From assembly GCA_040954595.2 (NCBI GenBank), contig CM082595.2, forward strand, positions 4,614,137-4,678,136: a DNA stretch of 64,000 nt. Direction: 5' to 3'. This DNA comes from Balanoglossus misakiensis. Taxonomy: Eukaryota > Animalia > Hemichordata. The notes below the pieces were generated by a model, which did no database searches, was not told the DNA's origin, and worked only from the letters and a program-made list of their open reading frames with translations. Positions 1 to 10,700 of the stretch are shown one piece after another (the stretch's first letter is position 1; each line of letters opens with the position of its first letter). The position numbers and the translations under genes are program-made.

Positions 1-400
1 TGTCCAAAAGGCGCGTCTGCCCCCAGATAAGCCGTTTCGCTTTCCCGTCGCAAACAGTCAAATCGGTCACCACGTCGGTTAGGGTGGGGGAGGGGGTCGC
101 ATTTGGGGGGCTCAAGTAAACACTTTTGCCAGGCAAAGGGGCCTGCTGCCACACGCTTTTAAAATTTAATGACAGGACTTGGTCCGTTCGCGTTGGGTAT
201 CACATTCCGTCACAGTGTAAGGGGAACGTGGCTTCTTCCAGTCGGGGATTGCTTGTCCATTGGAATGCTGGGATTGGACTGGCCGAATCAGAAGCAATAA
301 TATATTTAGTCTTCGGCTGGGCTACGTTATCGAACAGGCTTGTTTACATATGAAATACTTGTTTACAATATGCCTTCTCGCGAGTGCTGTGGGCGGAGTT

Positions 401-408
401 TTCCCACA
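401..408 (-). promoter_or_regulatory. Su(H)/RBPJ (CSL) site
   Basis: TTCCCACA = TGTGGGAA on -, upstream of the Hes promoter. Confidence 0.55.
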
Positions 409-446
409 CACCGACCACGCTCAACGCAGCACGACAACAAAGGATA

Positions 447-457
447 TGGCACGTGCT
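447..457 (+). promoter_or_regulatory. Class B bHLH-repressor site (ESE-box-like), candidate Hes autorepression site
   Basis: TGGCACGTGCT matches the TGGCACGTGYY preference of Hes/E(spl) proteins. Confidence 0.55.
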
Positions 458-535
458 TGTGAAAGATAATGGCTTGACACTTAACGTCTCGCATGCCAAC
501 AGATGTCAACTGTCAATAGTAATTACACACGCCTG

Positions 536-675
536 ATTGGCAGCTACGAACGCCCGGGCCAATCAGCGCCGGCGGCGACAATGGCCGCCATTAGCGCCGG
601 CCAATCGCCGCGAAGTGGTCGCGAGCCCCAGCCACACGCCTCTTGGAAGCAACTCGATGCCTGGACGCTGATTGG
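536..675. promoter_or_regulatory. Cluster of four CCAAT (NF-Y) boxes
   Basis: ATTGG 536-540, CCAAT 559-563, CCAAT 601-605, ATTGG 671-675, in good NF-Y contexts (GCCAATCAG, CTGATTGGC). Confidence 0.7.
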
Positions 676-695
676 CTGAGTGTACAAGAATGTGG

Positions 696-727
696 TGTGG
701 GAACAGATTGCCAAAAAAATTCACACG
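696..727. promoter_or_regulatory. Su(H) paired site (SPS), Notch dimer response element
   Basis: TGTGGGAA (696-703), a 16-nt spacer, then TTCACACG (720-727) in inverted orientation just upstream of the TATA box. Overlaps an N-box CACGAG. Confidence 0.92.
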
Positions 728-750
728 AGCCGTTCGCATGCGGAGGAGGC

Positions 751-758
751 TATAAATA
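751..758 (+). promoter_or_regulatory. TATA box of Hes gene
   Basis: TATAAATA, with an Inr-like TCACAGTT about 30 nt downstream (about 779-786). Confidence 0.85.
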
Positions 759-886
759 CAAACAGTGCAGAGGATTTCTCACAGTTCGGTCACAGACATT
801 CACTGAGCAACTACCTCGGACATAGCTCTGTGCCTCGCATACCTATACACATTATACCTTTGGAGTGTATTGCTATTCCTAGCAAC

Positions 887-931
887 ATGCCTGCAGACAA
901 ACCAGTCACCAAAGCAAGCGAAACTCGCAAA
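887..931 (+). CDS. HES1: Hes exon 1 coding part ([15 protein letters not shown])
   Basis: ATG in a good context (CAACATGC), MPAD start as in HES1, donor AAA|GTAAGT at 931/932, phase 0. Confidence 0.93.
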
Positions 932-2474
932 GTAAGTACCAACTAGTGATTTTCCTGGCAATTTCTCAAATCCTGGAGAAACTTTCCAGTACCTCCCGCT
1001 GTACGTGTATGTGTTCACTCAGAGCGAATCTGATATCCTGAACAGGTAAACTTACAAAACACCCACTTTGCTTTCCTTACAGTCCTCGAAGCCAATCATG
1101 GAAAAGAGGAGGCGAGCGAGAATCAACGAAAGTCTCTCCCAGTTGAAGACTCTGATCTTGGACGCAATGAAAAAAGATGTAAGTATCTGCCCTGCTTTGA
1201 TTTTCCGTGCGGTCTCTGAAAAAAAAATCCGACAGCCCGAGTTCGGTGCATTCCAATAGACCGACAAGTGGCCAGCGAAGTGTATAGACATTTGCCCATT
1301 CATCACCAATGCACTGTAAATGCGTACCTAAGGTATAGCGCTAAGTGGACGCCAGGGGATCATTTTACACCGTTCTCACGCTTCTTACTTCACATTTTCT
1401 CGAGTCGATTCTAACCTTCTTTTCCTTTTTATTTTTTTGTCAAACAGAGCTCTCGCCATTCTAAGTTGGAAAAAGCCGATATCTTGGAAATGACAGTGAA
1501 ATACCTGAGAAACGTCCAAAGACAGCAAATGAATGGTAGGTATTTAATTCTAAGTTTCGGCACTAGAAATCTACTTGAATCGATTTCAATTTCGCGTTTA
1601 TTTCACACATTTTGTGTATTTCATGTGATTCTAATGGATATTTCTCTTCGCTTCTACAGCTGCCCTGTCACAGGATCCAACCGTCTTGAGCAAATACCGT
1701 GCTGGATTTAACGAATGCTTCGGCGAAGTTCAACGCTATTTGACCAGCTTCGAAGGAATTCCTTCAGACTGTCGTTCCCGTCTCCTTGGACACTTGGCAA
1801 ACTGCTGCCAGAACATGAGCCAGAGTTACAACGTGCAACAAGTGCCCGCCGCGTCACCCTTAGCCGCCCAGGCCGCTGTCACCCCGTCCCAGGGGGCCGC
1901 GATGACGCCGGCCGGACTTGCCGCCGCCAGCTCGGTGCTGCAGATCACGCCGCCGTCAGCGATCGCCATGCAGAACATCACTCCCAAAATGGAAGTTACC
2001 GCCACAACTCCCGTCACGGCCGCCAACATCGCGCGGGTTCTCCCCGTCATGCCGGGAACTCTTCCCAACGGTGAAGTAGCGGTCCTCCTCTCGCCCCAGG
2101 CGCTTTCCAGTGGACAATTCCCGAGTCACTTCATTCCAGTGTACGCTCAGGGCACCCCGACCCTCAGCCCGGTGTCCTCCCTCGGGAGCCCCAACAGCAC
2201 CGCGTCCAGCCTCGCCAGCCCCGTGCTCACGTCATCGGTGGCAGCCACCGTCACGCACACCTCGCAGTCCATCCCGGCCACCAGCCCGCAGATCGCCGCC
2301 ACGGCGCCCGTAGCAGCGTCGCTGTCCACCATCCCCACCACGGCAACTTTGCCAACGAACAGTGTAAAGCAATCTGTACAGATGCAGTCCGTGCTCACAA
2401 CACATATCTCACCCCGGCAGGCCAATCTCCAATCACCCACCGCAGATTCGGAATCTGTCTGGAGGCCGTGGTAG
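887..2474 (+). CDS. HES1: hairy/Hes1-4 class bHLH-Orange-WRPW transcriptional repressor; join(887..931,1083..1178,1448..1535,1660..2474), 347 aa
   Basis: The spliced frame is continuous (45+96+88+815=1044 nt) with GT-AG introns. The b[62 protein letters not shown] is nearly identical to vertebrate HES1. Also present: Orange domain ([15 protein letters not shown]...RLLGHLANC), HC-like segment ([10 protein letters not shown]...FIPVYA) and C-terminal WRPW*. The symbol denotes the Hes1/Hes4/hairy orthology group. Confidence 0.97.
1083..1178 (+). CDS. HES1: Hes exon 2 (basic region and helix 1)
   Basis: Acceptor ctttccttacag, 96 nt encoding [32 protein letters not shown], donor GAT|GTAAGT. Confidence 0.97.
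1448..1535 (+). CDS. HES1: Hes exon 3 (loop and helix 2)
   Basis: Branch-like ctaac and a T-rich tract ending caaacag, 88 nt encoding [29 protein letters not shown], donor ATG|GTAGGT, phase 1. Confidence 0.97.
1660..2474 (+). CDS. HES1: Hes exon 4 coding part (Orange domain, Ala/Ser/Thr/Pro-rich region, WRPW)
   Basis: Acceptor tttctcttcgcttctacag, in frame with ORF 1686..2474, ends SVWRPW-TAG. Confidence 0.97.
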
Positions 2475-2530
2475 AAACCACCCGAACATTCCAACGGACT
2501 ATTACTTAAAAAGAACTTATTTACTACATG

Positions 2531-2599
2531 TGTAAATACAAAGTACAGATTTATGCTTTCACAGTTGTTAAAGAATCTATATTTTTTATTTTGTAAATA
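2531..2599 (+). promoter_or_regulatory. Two Pumilio response elements in AU-rich Hes 3' UTR
   Basis: TGTAAATA at 2531-2538 and 2592-2599 (consensus UGUANAUA). Confidence 0.65.
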
Positions 2600-2759
2600 C
2601 TGAAGAGTTATATATTTTTTATTTCGACGATGGTGCGTTTTCTACAACTTTACAAAAACCGAAATCGGGTTTTTGCAGCACAAGTACATTTGCGCCCGAT
2701 TTCCAAACTATGAGGGGCCAACGTTTGCGCGTTCAAACGCACCCCGACTTTCTTCTGAC

Positions 2760-2765
2760 AATAAA
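2760..2765 (+). terminator. Probable polyadenylation signal of Hes gene
   Basis: First AATAAA after the stop, followed by GT/T-rich sequence. Confidence 0.65.
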
Positions 2766-5486
2766 TGTTACTTAAAATATACTTCTTAGTGTTTATGCAT
2801 CTTACTCTTTTTCTCGAAATCTTGACGCGAAAAAAGAAAAAGCGCGTTCTGATGGATTTTGACTTGCAATACAATATGTGCAACAGGTGGGGGGCCCATT
2901 ACTGGCACGAAACCTGCCTACGCCCGCCCTCTAGCAGTGACAAGATGGAAGTACGTACGACGCGTCGCTTGCCAATCCCGCGATCTGCCCCCCTCCCTCC
3001 CCCATGGAAATTTCAATGGAATAATCCCCTTCTAGCTCAATGCTGTATCCAAAACTGGCTGCAGGGAACGAATGCATTGCATTTCGCTTAAAATTTACAG
3101 AAAATCTTCGCATCGCGATTTAAAGAAAATTCACCCGAGACAGGTTTGTTTTACTACAAGTTCAATACTCGCTGTAACCCCCTCCCCCCGTATGTTATAT
3201 GTGCCAATGCAACCGCCAGTAGGCGTACTCGTGCGCGCGGAACCGTAGCGTGAAATCAATAAACGGCGCGTGGAAACCCGACATGTTGAAACTTATTTCT
3301 CGTCGCAGTTGACTCAATCAGTCTTTCTGTAATTACAAATCTATTCTGCCCATTCACTACAGAATCACAATTGCTGTAATTGGATATTATATCACACCAA
3401 TCCGAAAGGACGCGACAATAATTTTGTTCGTTGCAATCACGAATATTATATTCATTTGTCCTGGCATAATGGTCCTGGCAACTTTTTGGTACGAAAACTA
3501 CCATCGGGTATTTCATCTTTGACGTGCATTTTGAATGACGCGCTAAAAATCTGAGTTGCGAACTGACAGATAAACCTGTCGCAACACGCTGGGAATAATC
3601 GTAAATCGGCGTCTCGCGGTCTTTTCACGGAATACAGACATTCCTATACGCGCTACGCAAAACTGGAAGTCACGAAATACCAGTAAACGCGAACGGCACG
3701 TGTCGGGAGTCGAGGCGGCGTAAACCTATCGCGCCCGGACACCAGAGCAACGTCGCCCCTTAAACATCCTGCTTCCGGGCATCCGTTGGTTGAGGGGAAC
3801 AGAGAAACAGAAATTCTCGAAATTTGCGTTAATTTGAGAGCATTTCGACAAGATCGCTGGATAACAATAGCGCCTTGGAGATCGCTAAGTAAATAGGAGA
3901 CAATAGCGTGAACAGAGGGCTTCAGTGTTGTCCGTCGGCCTTGGCACGTTTCCAACCGCGAGTGGGCCGCGCTCACACAGGTAAAACTCCGTGCCTATTG
4001 TTCGCACCTGGGCAGGTCTTAACACGCCGCCAGAAGCTCTCTCCCCCCTCCAATTATTATGGTAAAGCCGTTAAACAGTTCAGGCGAGTTCGGTCTGTTT
4101 GATATCAAGCCCCCGTGCCCAGGCGGAAAGCATCCGCCACGGGCGCGGGATTTTTTCTTTCATTTTGAGAGACGCTGTGGGGGGGAGGAGGGCGGCGGGG
4201 GGTCCACTTTCAGAGGGGCCGAGAGAGCATTCCGAACTGGCGATACTCGCTCCTCCCAGAATACCTGTCCACTTCACGTGACACGGCGGATTTGCGAGGT
4301 CGTGAGAAATGTACTCAAAACTGTTCGAACCTGTCAAACCAATCCCTCAGATGCATATTCAAACAAATAGAATGATGAATGATCGGCTTAATATACACGC
4401 CGCAAGTTAACTGAAGGTAAAGCCGAAGAGGCTCCCGGCTCGTAAATCGCCAAGTTGTTGAGGAATTTCTTCGGCCATAGCCACGCAGATAGGTATGCAA
4501 AAGAATTGATATGCACGACGAAGATAACGTCGAAACGACGTTTTATCGGCGACTGACGTCCACTAATTAAAAAACCACGGGATGTCGTCAAACATCCAAA
4601 TTCCTAAAGACCGTGAAAGTCTCTCCGCGCCGCACGCGTAAGCGCCTCGCGCATGCGCCTGAAGCTCCTGGCATCACCCCGCACATTCCAACACACCTGG
4701 CCCCTGTCCAAGTATACTGGAGTTTGACAGCTGCACTGTTATTTCTCATTCTCGGGTCACAAAGAGTTGTATATTTCTTTTCAAATCTTCACGACAAAAT
4801 GAATGTAAAAAAAAAAAACATCATGGTAATACAGTTGTTGGCCCAGTGGCAGACCGAACGCCCCGACAAAAATAAAACAACCTCGAGTCTCATAGTTAAT
4901 TTGTGCGAAAGTCTGCACGATACTGAATTTGCAATTTTTTTCTCCTGAAACCCGATTTCTACATACACGGGAAACTGGTGCTGAACTTCTCGGCAAAAAA
5001 CTTGCCGTATAGCTACAGAGGTTAACCGACTGGCCCAGAGATGAGGAAACGAAACTTCGAATGTGTGGCATGGGTTTAGCGACTCTTTTATACGGCAACA
5101 GTTTCTGAGTTGCGGCTAGCGAGAATGCCGCGGCCACTGGACCACGCTATAAACCAACAGGCGACTTCTAAACTCCGTGGCAGTAGCAACCAATGGGAAA
5201 TCTCGGCAGTGCGACAACTTGAAAAACCGCCCCAAATCACTGCCCGCTCTTATCTGGAAGTGCCGTGACTGTATGAGGCGATTGTTGGCTGGGCGTAAAA
5301 GGATTTATCGCGTTTAAAGTGCAAGAGTATTTCTGTACACCCAGATAAGATAAGTTCGCGGCTTTGCGCTGGACGTTCCAATTGTCCGATTGGGAAACCA
5401 CGTGTGGGTCGCGCGTGTATCAACCGATTAGACCACGGAGTCGGCTTCTGAAAGAGACTGATTGTCAAATGATCAAATCGCCATCA

Positions 5487-5504
5487 CATCATCATCACCA
5501 TCAC

Positions 5505-5549
<45 letters not shown>

Positions 5550-5615
5550 TTTGTATTTAAGTGTAATTTTTCCTTTTTAATTTTTGAAATAAAGTTTCAT
5601 TTAAAAGTCAAAAAG

Positions 5616-5681
<66 letters not shown>
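5487..5681. repeat. Two (CAT)n microsatellites separated by an AT-rich spacer of about 67 nt
   Basis: CAT runs at 5487-5549 and 5617-5681. These generate the spurious poly-His/poly-Ser ORF. Confidence 0.95.
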
Positions 5682-5684
<3 letters not shown>

Positions 5685-7127
5685 CTTCGAATTTGTGCCT
5701 TCGTTGTCAGTTGAACCACAGTCCCACCTCTGGTACTGTATCAACAAACGAACACAATGGACGTCACAATGGGATTGACTCGGAAATATCCGACCACGAT
5801 CAAAGGAATCATTTTTCGAAGTTTTCGGGTCACCGAGGGGAAAGGAAGTCGGTGAGTCAGTCGATGAGTCAACACACAGAAAAGTTCTCGATAAATGAAC
5901 ATCCGTTTTTTGTCCCTCCTGGTACAATACATCGCCTTGTTTTCAACTTGGAGATTTTTTTTCTTCTGCTTTGATGATTATAAACAGATTGCTGGCGTGA
6001 AAAGGCGATTCGCCTGAAGGGTAAAACGGCCAAAAAATACATTTTATGTACAGGACACGCGCAAGTTCAGGGGTCAAACTGGCGCTATTGTTGTCACGAC
6101 AATACCCAGACGGGGAAGGTAGAAGACGGGACAATGGGGTGGGACCTTCACTCCGGCACGGAAACACGACGCCGCCGATGATCTATGTTGTACACGTGGC
6201 CGCTGCAAAACAGAGCGAACCCCGTGACCGAGGAACATTATCATTTAAAAACACAAACAACATTGAACCAAGGTAGAGAATGCTACTGTGGCGATTCTCT
6301 CCTCTGCACACAGGCGATGGCGTTAGCTCCATTGGCTACCCCTACAACCATGAATTGGTTCCTACACCCATGGAGGTACTTAGTACCTCCGTGCTACGCC
6401 CCTGCCATGCACAGGCAGTCAACACTAAAACACACTACAGGTAGAATACATGTAGCTGTCACGATTTCGTTACTATAGAGCGATTTCGCAGTTTTGCAAT
6501 TGAATGCTCTGTGTGTTGGCGTTTTTCCAAAAAACTCTCAAAAAGTTCCTGGTGATTAGGAGGGAAAGAATGGTCGGCGACAACAATGGGTTGTTAAAAC
6601 CCCGGCTGCACGTTACTTGTTCCCGTCAACCAATCACAGTTTGGCGTGAAAGACGCCTCAAGGTCCATCCTTCCTCAATTTACTTTGAAGTTTTTTTTCT
6701 TGTACCAGGAGTGTGGGGGCCGGAATGTGTACCACGTGACCCACAATGAAAACTAAAGCCCACTTCATTGACGTTCGAAGGACGGCCATTTGATTTCCAA
6801 ATCGGTGTTGACTCAGTTTCGGCACGTGTTCTGCTGGCATTGTTCTCTGTGTTACGTTTTGATTCCTGAAGTTCCGATTTTCCGTACGGGTTCAACCGTA
6901 ATCCCCCGGGGGAAGTATGGTTCGCTGTACAAAATCTGGTCGTAATCTGATCGTTACGTCTGATCATTTCGCAATTAGATTAATCCTCCGATGCACCCAG
7001 TGCCAAAAACCTGAAAAAGCAGAAGGGACTTTGTTTTGATTCGTATTGTTCTTTTTTTTTAAATCATGGGACCGTCTAACGTCCTCGAGATGACAAGACA
7101 CTTTGCGATTTGAAGCGCGCAGACGCC

Positions 7128-7211
7128 TAGCCTAGCCAAAGCCGTATTTTGTCCGCTTTGCTTCCAAAACTAGTTTTGCAAAGCGGACAAGATACGGCTA
7201 GGGCTAGGCTA
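7128..7211. mobile_element. 84-bp palindromic MITE, TAG..CTA termini, 9-bp TSD
   Basis: Arms TAGCCTAGCC..GTATTTTGTCCGCTTTGC / GCAAAGCGGACAAGATAC..GGCTAGGCTA. Flanks GCAGACGCC and GCCGACGCC (8/9). Related copy at 26406. Confidence 0.85.
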
Positions 7212-7734
7212 GCCGACGCCTTGGGAGACGAAGTGACACTTCCTAAAAAAGGAAAACGTCCTCTCCATATCAATGTTTTGAAACAGAATCCTGTGGAGAC
7301 TTGCGTTGTTGGGCGTCGTGTCCTCAACAGATGTGGAATGCACAATTATCTGTGAGAAGATGTACCGTCAAGGTTGAAGTCAATCTTGCAGGGTCTGGCG
7401 CGGTTCGCCCTCGAGTGTTTGTCTGATCTCAGCGAAGCCCAACTGTCTTTTCACACGATGTCCCATGTTTGTCTCGGGTGAACAAATATGTACCAAGCAT
7501 TAATATGACGCTGACATGTATGATTTTATGACTTCATGCGCCTGTCATCAATATTTTACTATTTGTTCAGACCGTGATTTGCCCACGGTGTCACGATCTA
7601 TAGGTGGGCATCGGCGACTTGGAGACCGGTGAACCCTCACAGAGTAACTTTTTGCGGTCGCGAACTTGGCTCGTGTGTGTGGCTATGATGGCCGTTCTGT
7701 ACGACCTCGGTGACTTCGAGTTTTTTTAGCGTGA

Positions 7735-7766
7735 TGAGAGAGAGAGAGAGAGAGGGGGGGGGGAGG
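7735..7766. repeat. (GA)n plus poly-G simple repeat
   Basis: Directly visible. Confidence 0.85.
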
Positions 7767-10700
7767 GAGACAACAGTCACTATGGGATGTTTGGATGACC
7801 TGATGTAGTTTCGGACCGGACGTTTCGGTCCACTTCGAGTCATTGGGAATTTTTTGTTTTCCGAAAGCGGGGTCGGATGGAAGTATTAAAATTATATTGG
7901 GGATCAAATCGAGGAAAACTTCCTTATTTAAAAAGACATCAAAGAGTTGGGGGAGTGGGTCGTTCACCGATTCGCCGAAACCACAATCACCCGCGCGACG
8001 CTGCCATCATACCCAACAGAATAAATTAAATGTAACCATTATCACTGTTGGGAAAATTATTTGAATGTACCTTGTCTGGAAATTACATGTATTCACTTGA
8101 CAACGACCCAAAACGCATCGTTAGGCGGAAAGAAATTCACGAAATGACTGACAGACAATAGCCGCGCTGGACAAAGCTTCGAAGAGGCTTTACACGCACG
8201 GCGAGACACGTCATCGAAATGCAAAGACTCCAAATTTTGGAGCACTCTCCTGATATTGTCATGGCTGTCACACGGCGGGCCTATTCACCGAACGTGCACG
8301 AACCTGTCCGTCGCGACACTTGGACAACAATGGTTGCGCTTCACGCCAAACCAAAGAAAAGGGCGAAAAATTCTCGTCGGTACATGCACGCTTGCGCTTG
8401 TGAGGGCTTTCAACGCGTTTCGCACGAAAACGATCTGTCGCCGCGGCGTTGAAATCCTCGACGGCCAGAGCAAATACGACACACGTGTGAAAATACCTAA
8501 GCTCTTCACGAAAGTCGAGTGTCAAGCCCATTACGAAAGCAGTCGGCACAATTAACACCAATTTGTTAATTAAAATGACAATAGACGCACTCTTTGTGCG
8601 CGGATTATTAGCAACGTTTATGATTTCACAAATCTCTTGCAGCATATCAGTCAATAGCTTTGTCAACGTCAGGAACTAACATTTTTCTAACACCTTTCGA
8701 CGTCCTTAATTCGGAAGGCAAACACCTTGGCCCAGAGCACTTGTTTACTCTTTGACGTTGAAACAAAAGCAAGAGATCGAGTGTGTCCTTTTTTCCTTTG
8801 ATTATTCCCGCCGATAAATTCATAAATTATTTGTTGATAAAACTGCAAAATATTTGTGGTCAACACTCCTTTCCTGTCCAATGCATTGTATGTATATGAA
8901 CCATATAAAATGATTGGACATTGTCGATGAAGTCTTCTCGATGTATTTATAATAATTGGTGTATTATACACTTGTTTGTATGAGCTAATGGTGTGTATAT
9001 CACCAGTACGGACAATTTAAAGACCTTAAATTTTGAATCTCCTTATCACGCTTCAAAAAGATAGAGGAAACTGTCCTTTGCTTACTTGAAGGGCACGGTG
9101 TTTCATTGCCTTTATCGCAAAGACCTTTATTATTGTTGTCTCGTGACGAAGATGTGACGTCAAGAACGAACCTCTAGATTTCGTTTATCAACAACAACAA
9201 CGCTCTATCGCTCTCACAACAGACTTTGTCCTCGTGTACGTTGAACTCGATCGAATAATGACCCTCACGTACCAAAAATTGTCTTTTTATCGATATCCGT
9301 CGCACGATTCTTTTCCTAAGCTGGATTACTTGACTCGGGTAACGCGAGATCTGCTGAGATTGTGAGTGTTCTTGTTGACTTTTCCCATGTTACTCGCGCG
9401 TGTCTGCTGATAAAACCTGCAAAGATTTGAGAGAATCTGAAGGAGATCTTGGAAAAGGCCCAACATCGATAATATCCTTATCTGATAGGCGGTAGTCCAT
9501 GCAACGGGTCCCTTCATAGCCGTGGACAGAGCTGAGTCCCACCAATGTAACACATACAGCCGCAGGTCAGAAATGAAAAGTGACAAACCAACGTGTTTGT
9601 GGCTTTTATATTCGAAAACAGGTGTGGGTATAGTTAACATGCAAATTGCAAAAGGGCCTACACAATGAGGTATGTTAATTTGCAGTCTTACACAATGGTC
9701 CGTTTTTCATGCGAGGCACTGGAGCAAAGGCAACTGACGCGATAATCTTTGCCCCCCCCCCCTTCTCCCCCTAGCGCGCATTTCCTTAGGCCCACCAACA
9801 ATAACTTCGACATGGACACTGGCACCGACAACCGAAATCGAGGGGCGTAGCAGCCTCATCTAAAATGATCGGAATAAACCAGTTTCGTTGAATGAGACGC
9901 GACCCCGCCGTCATTCAAGGCCATAGGCCCCGGTAAAAACGGACGTGACGCGCTTCGCACTTTACCGAAGTGTTTGCGGTATAATATACTCTTTCGTTTT
10001 GATTTTTCCGGTAGCTGTATAATATGTACGAATACATTAGAAGGGCCCTGATTTATGTAAATGCAAAAATTATGAGGGCAGGCCACTTGGGTGTACCGTC
10101 ATTGCGGTCTGAGCACTTGGGTTTTTGAAATACTGCCCTGGAATCCAAACTTAGATATGTCGCCTACACCAGCGCACGCACTGTACATGCAGTGGTCCAC
10201 CCATACGGGTTGTCGCAAGTTTTGTGAAATCACTGGTCAAAATCAAGCCGGTATGCTATTTCCTAATAACGTCGTCAACCTGTGGCTGTATAATTTAATG
10301 ATCGCCCTACTATAAATGAGTGATAAAACTTGTTGAGTTTGTAGGGGTGCATGCATACCTGTGCAAAATATACGACGTGTGCTGACAGGTATTAGTAGCG
10401 GAATGCATTCCTACTGCACCAAACAGAAGCCCTGTGTGACTTGAAAATAGCACGCGTGGCCAGACGACCAGACGCGTGGCAAAGTACGACCTGAAAACAC
10501 CGGTTCAATACACGCCCTACGTTTCGAGGGACATTGCAGATCTCCTGCACGTACGACTATGCGACCCGTCTGTTTTGCTCAGGGTTCAGAAATCAGGCAT
10601 AGCGGTTCCATGATAGGCTTTTTCATTGCCGCACAGGGGTGATGCACCCTGCCCTGATTTAACACAATAGGTACTGACGCGTGCCATTGCAGGCCGGGGA

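Noticed and set aside
1715-2494. Alternative-frame and antisense ORFs over Hes exon 4
   Set aside because: Shadows of GC-rich coding sequence.
2475-2765. miR-9 seed site (ACCAAAG) known from vertebrate Hes1 3' UTRs
   Set aside because: Not found by eye in the predicted UTR.
5364-5714. ORF with poly-His and poly-Ser tracts
   Set aside because: Translation of (CAT)n microsatellites; no splice or domain support.
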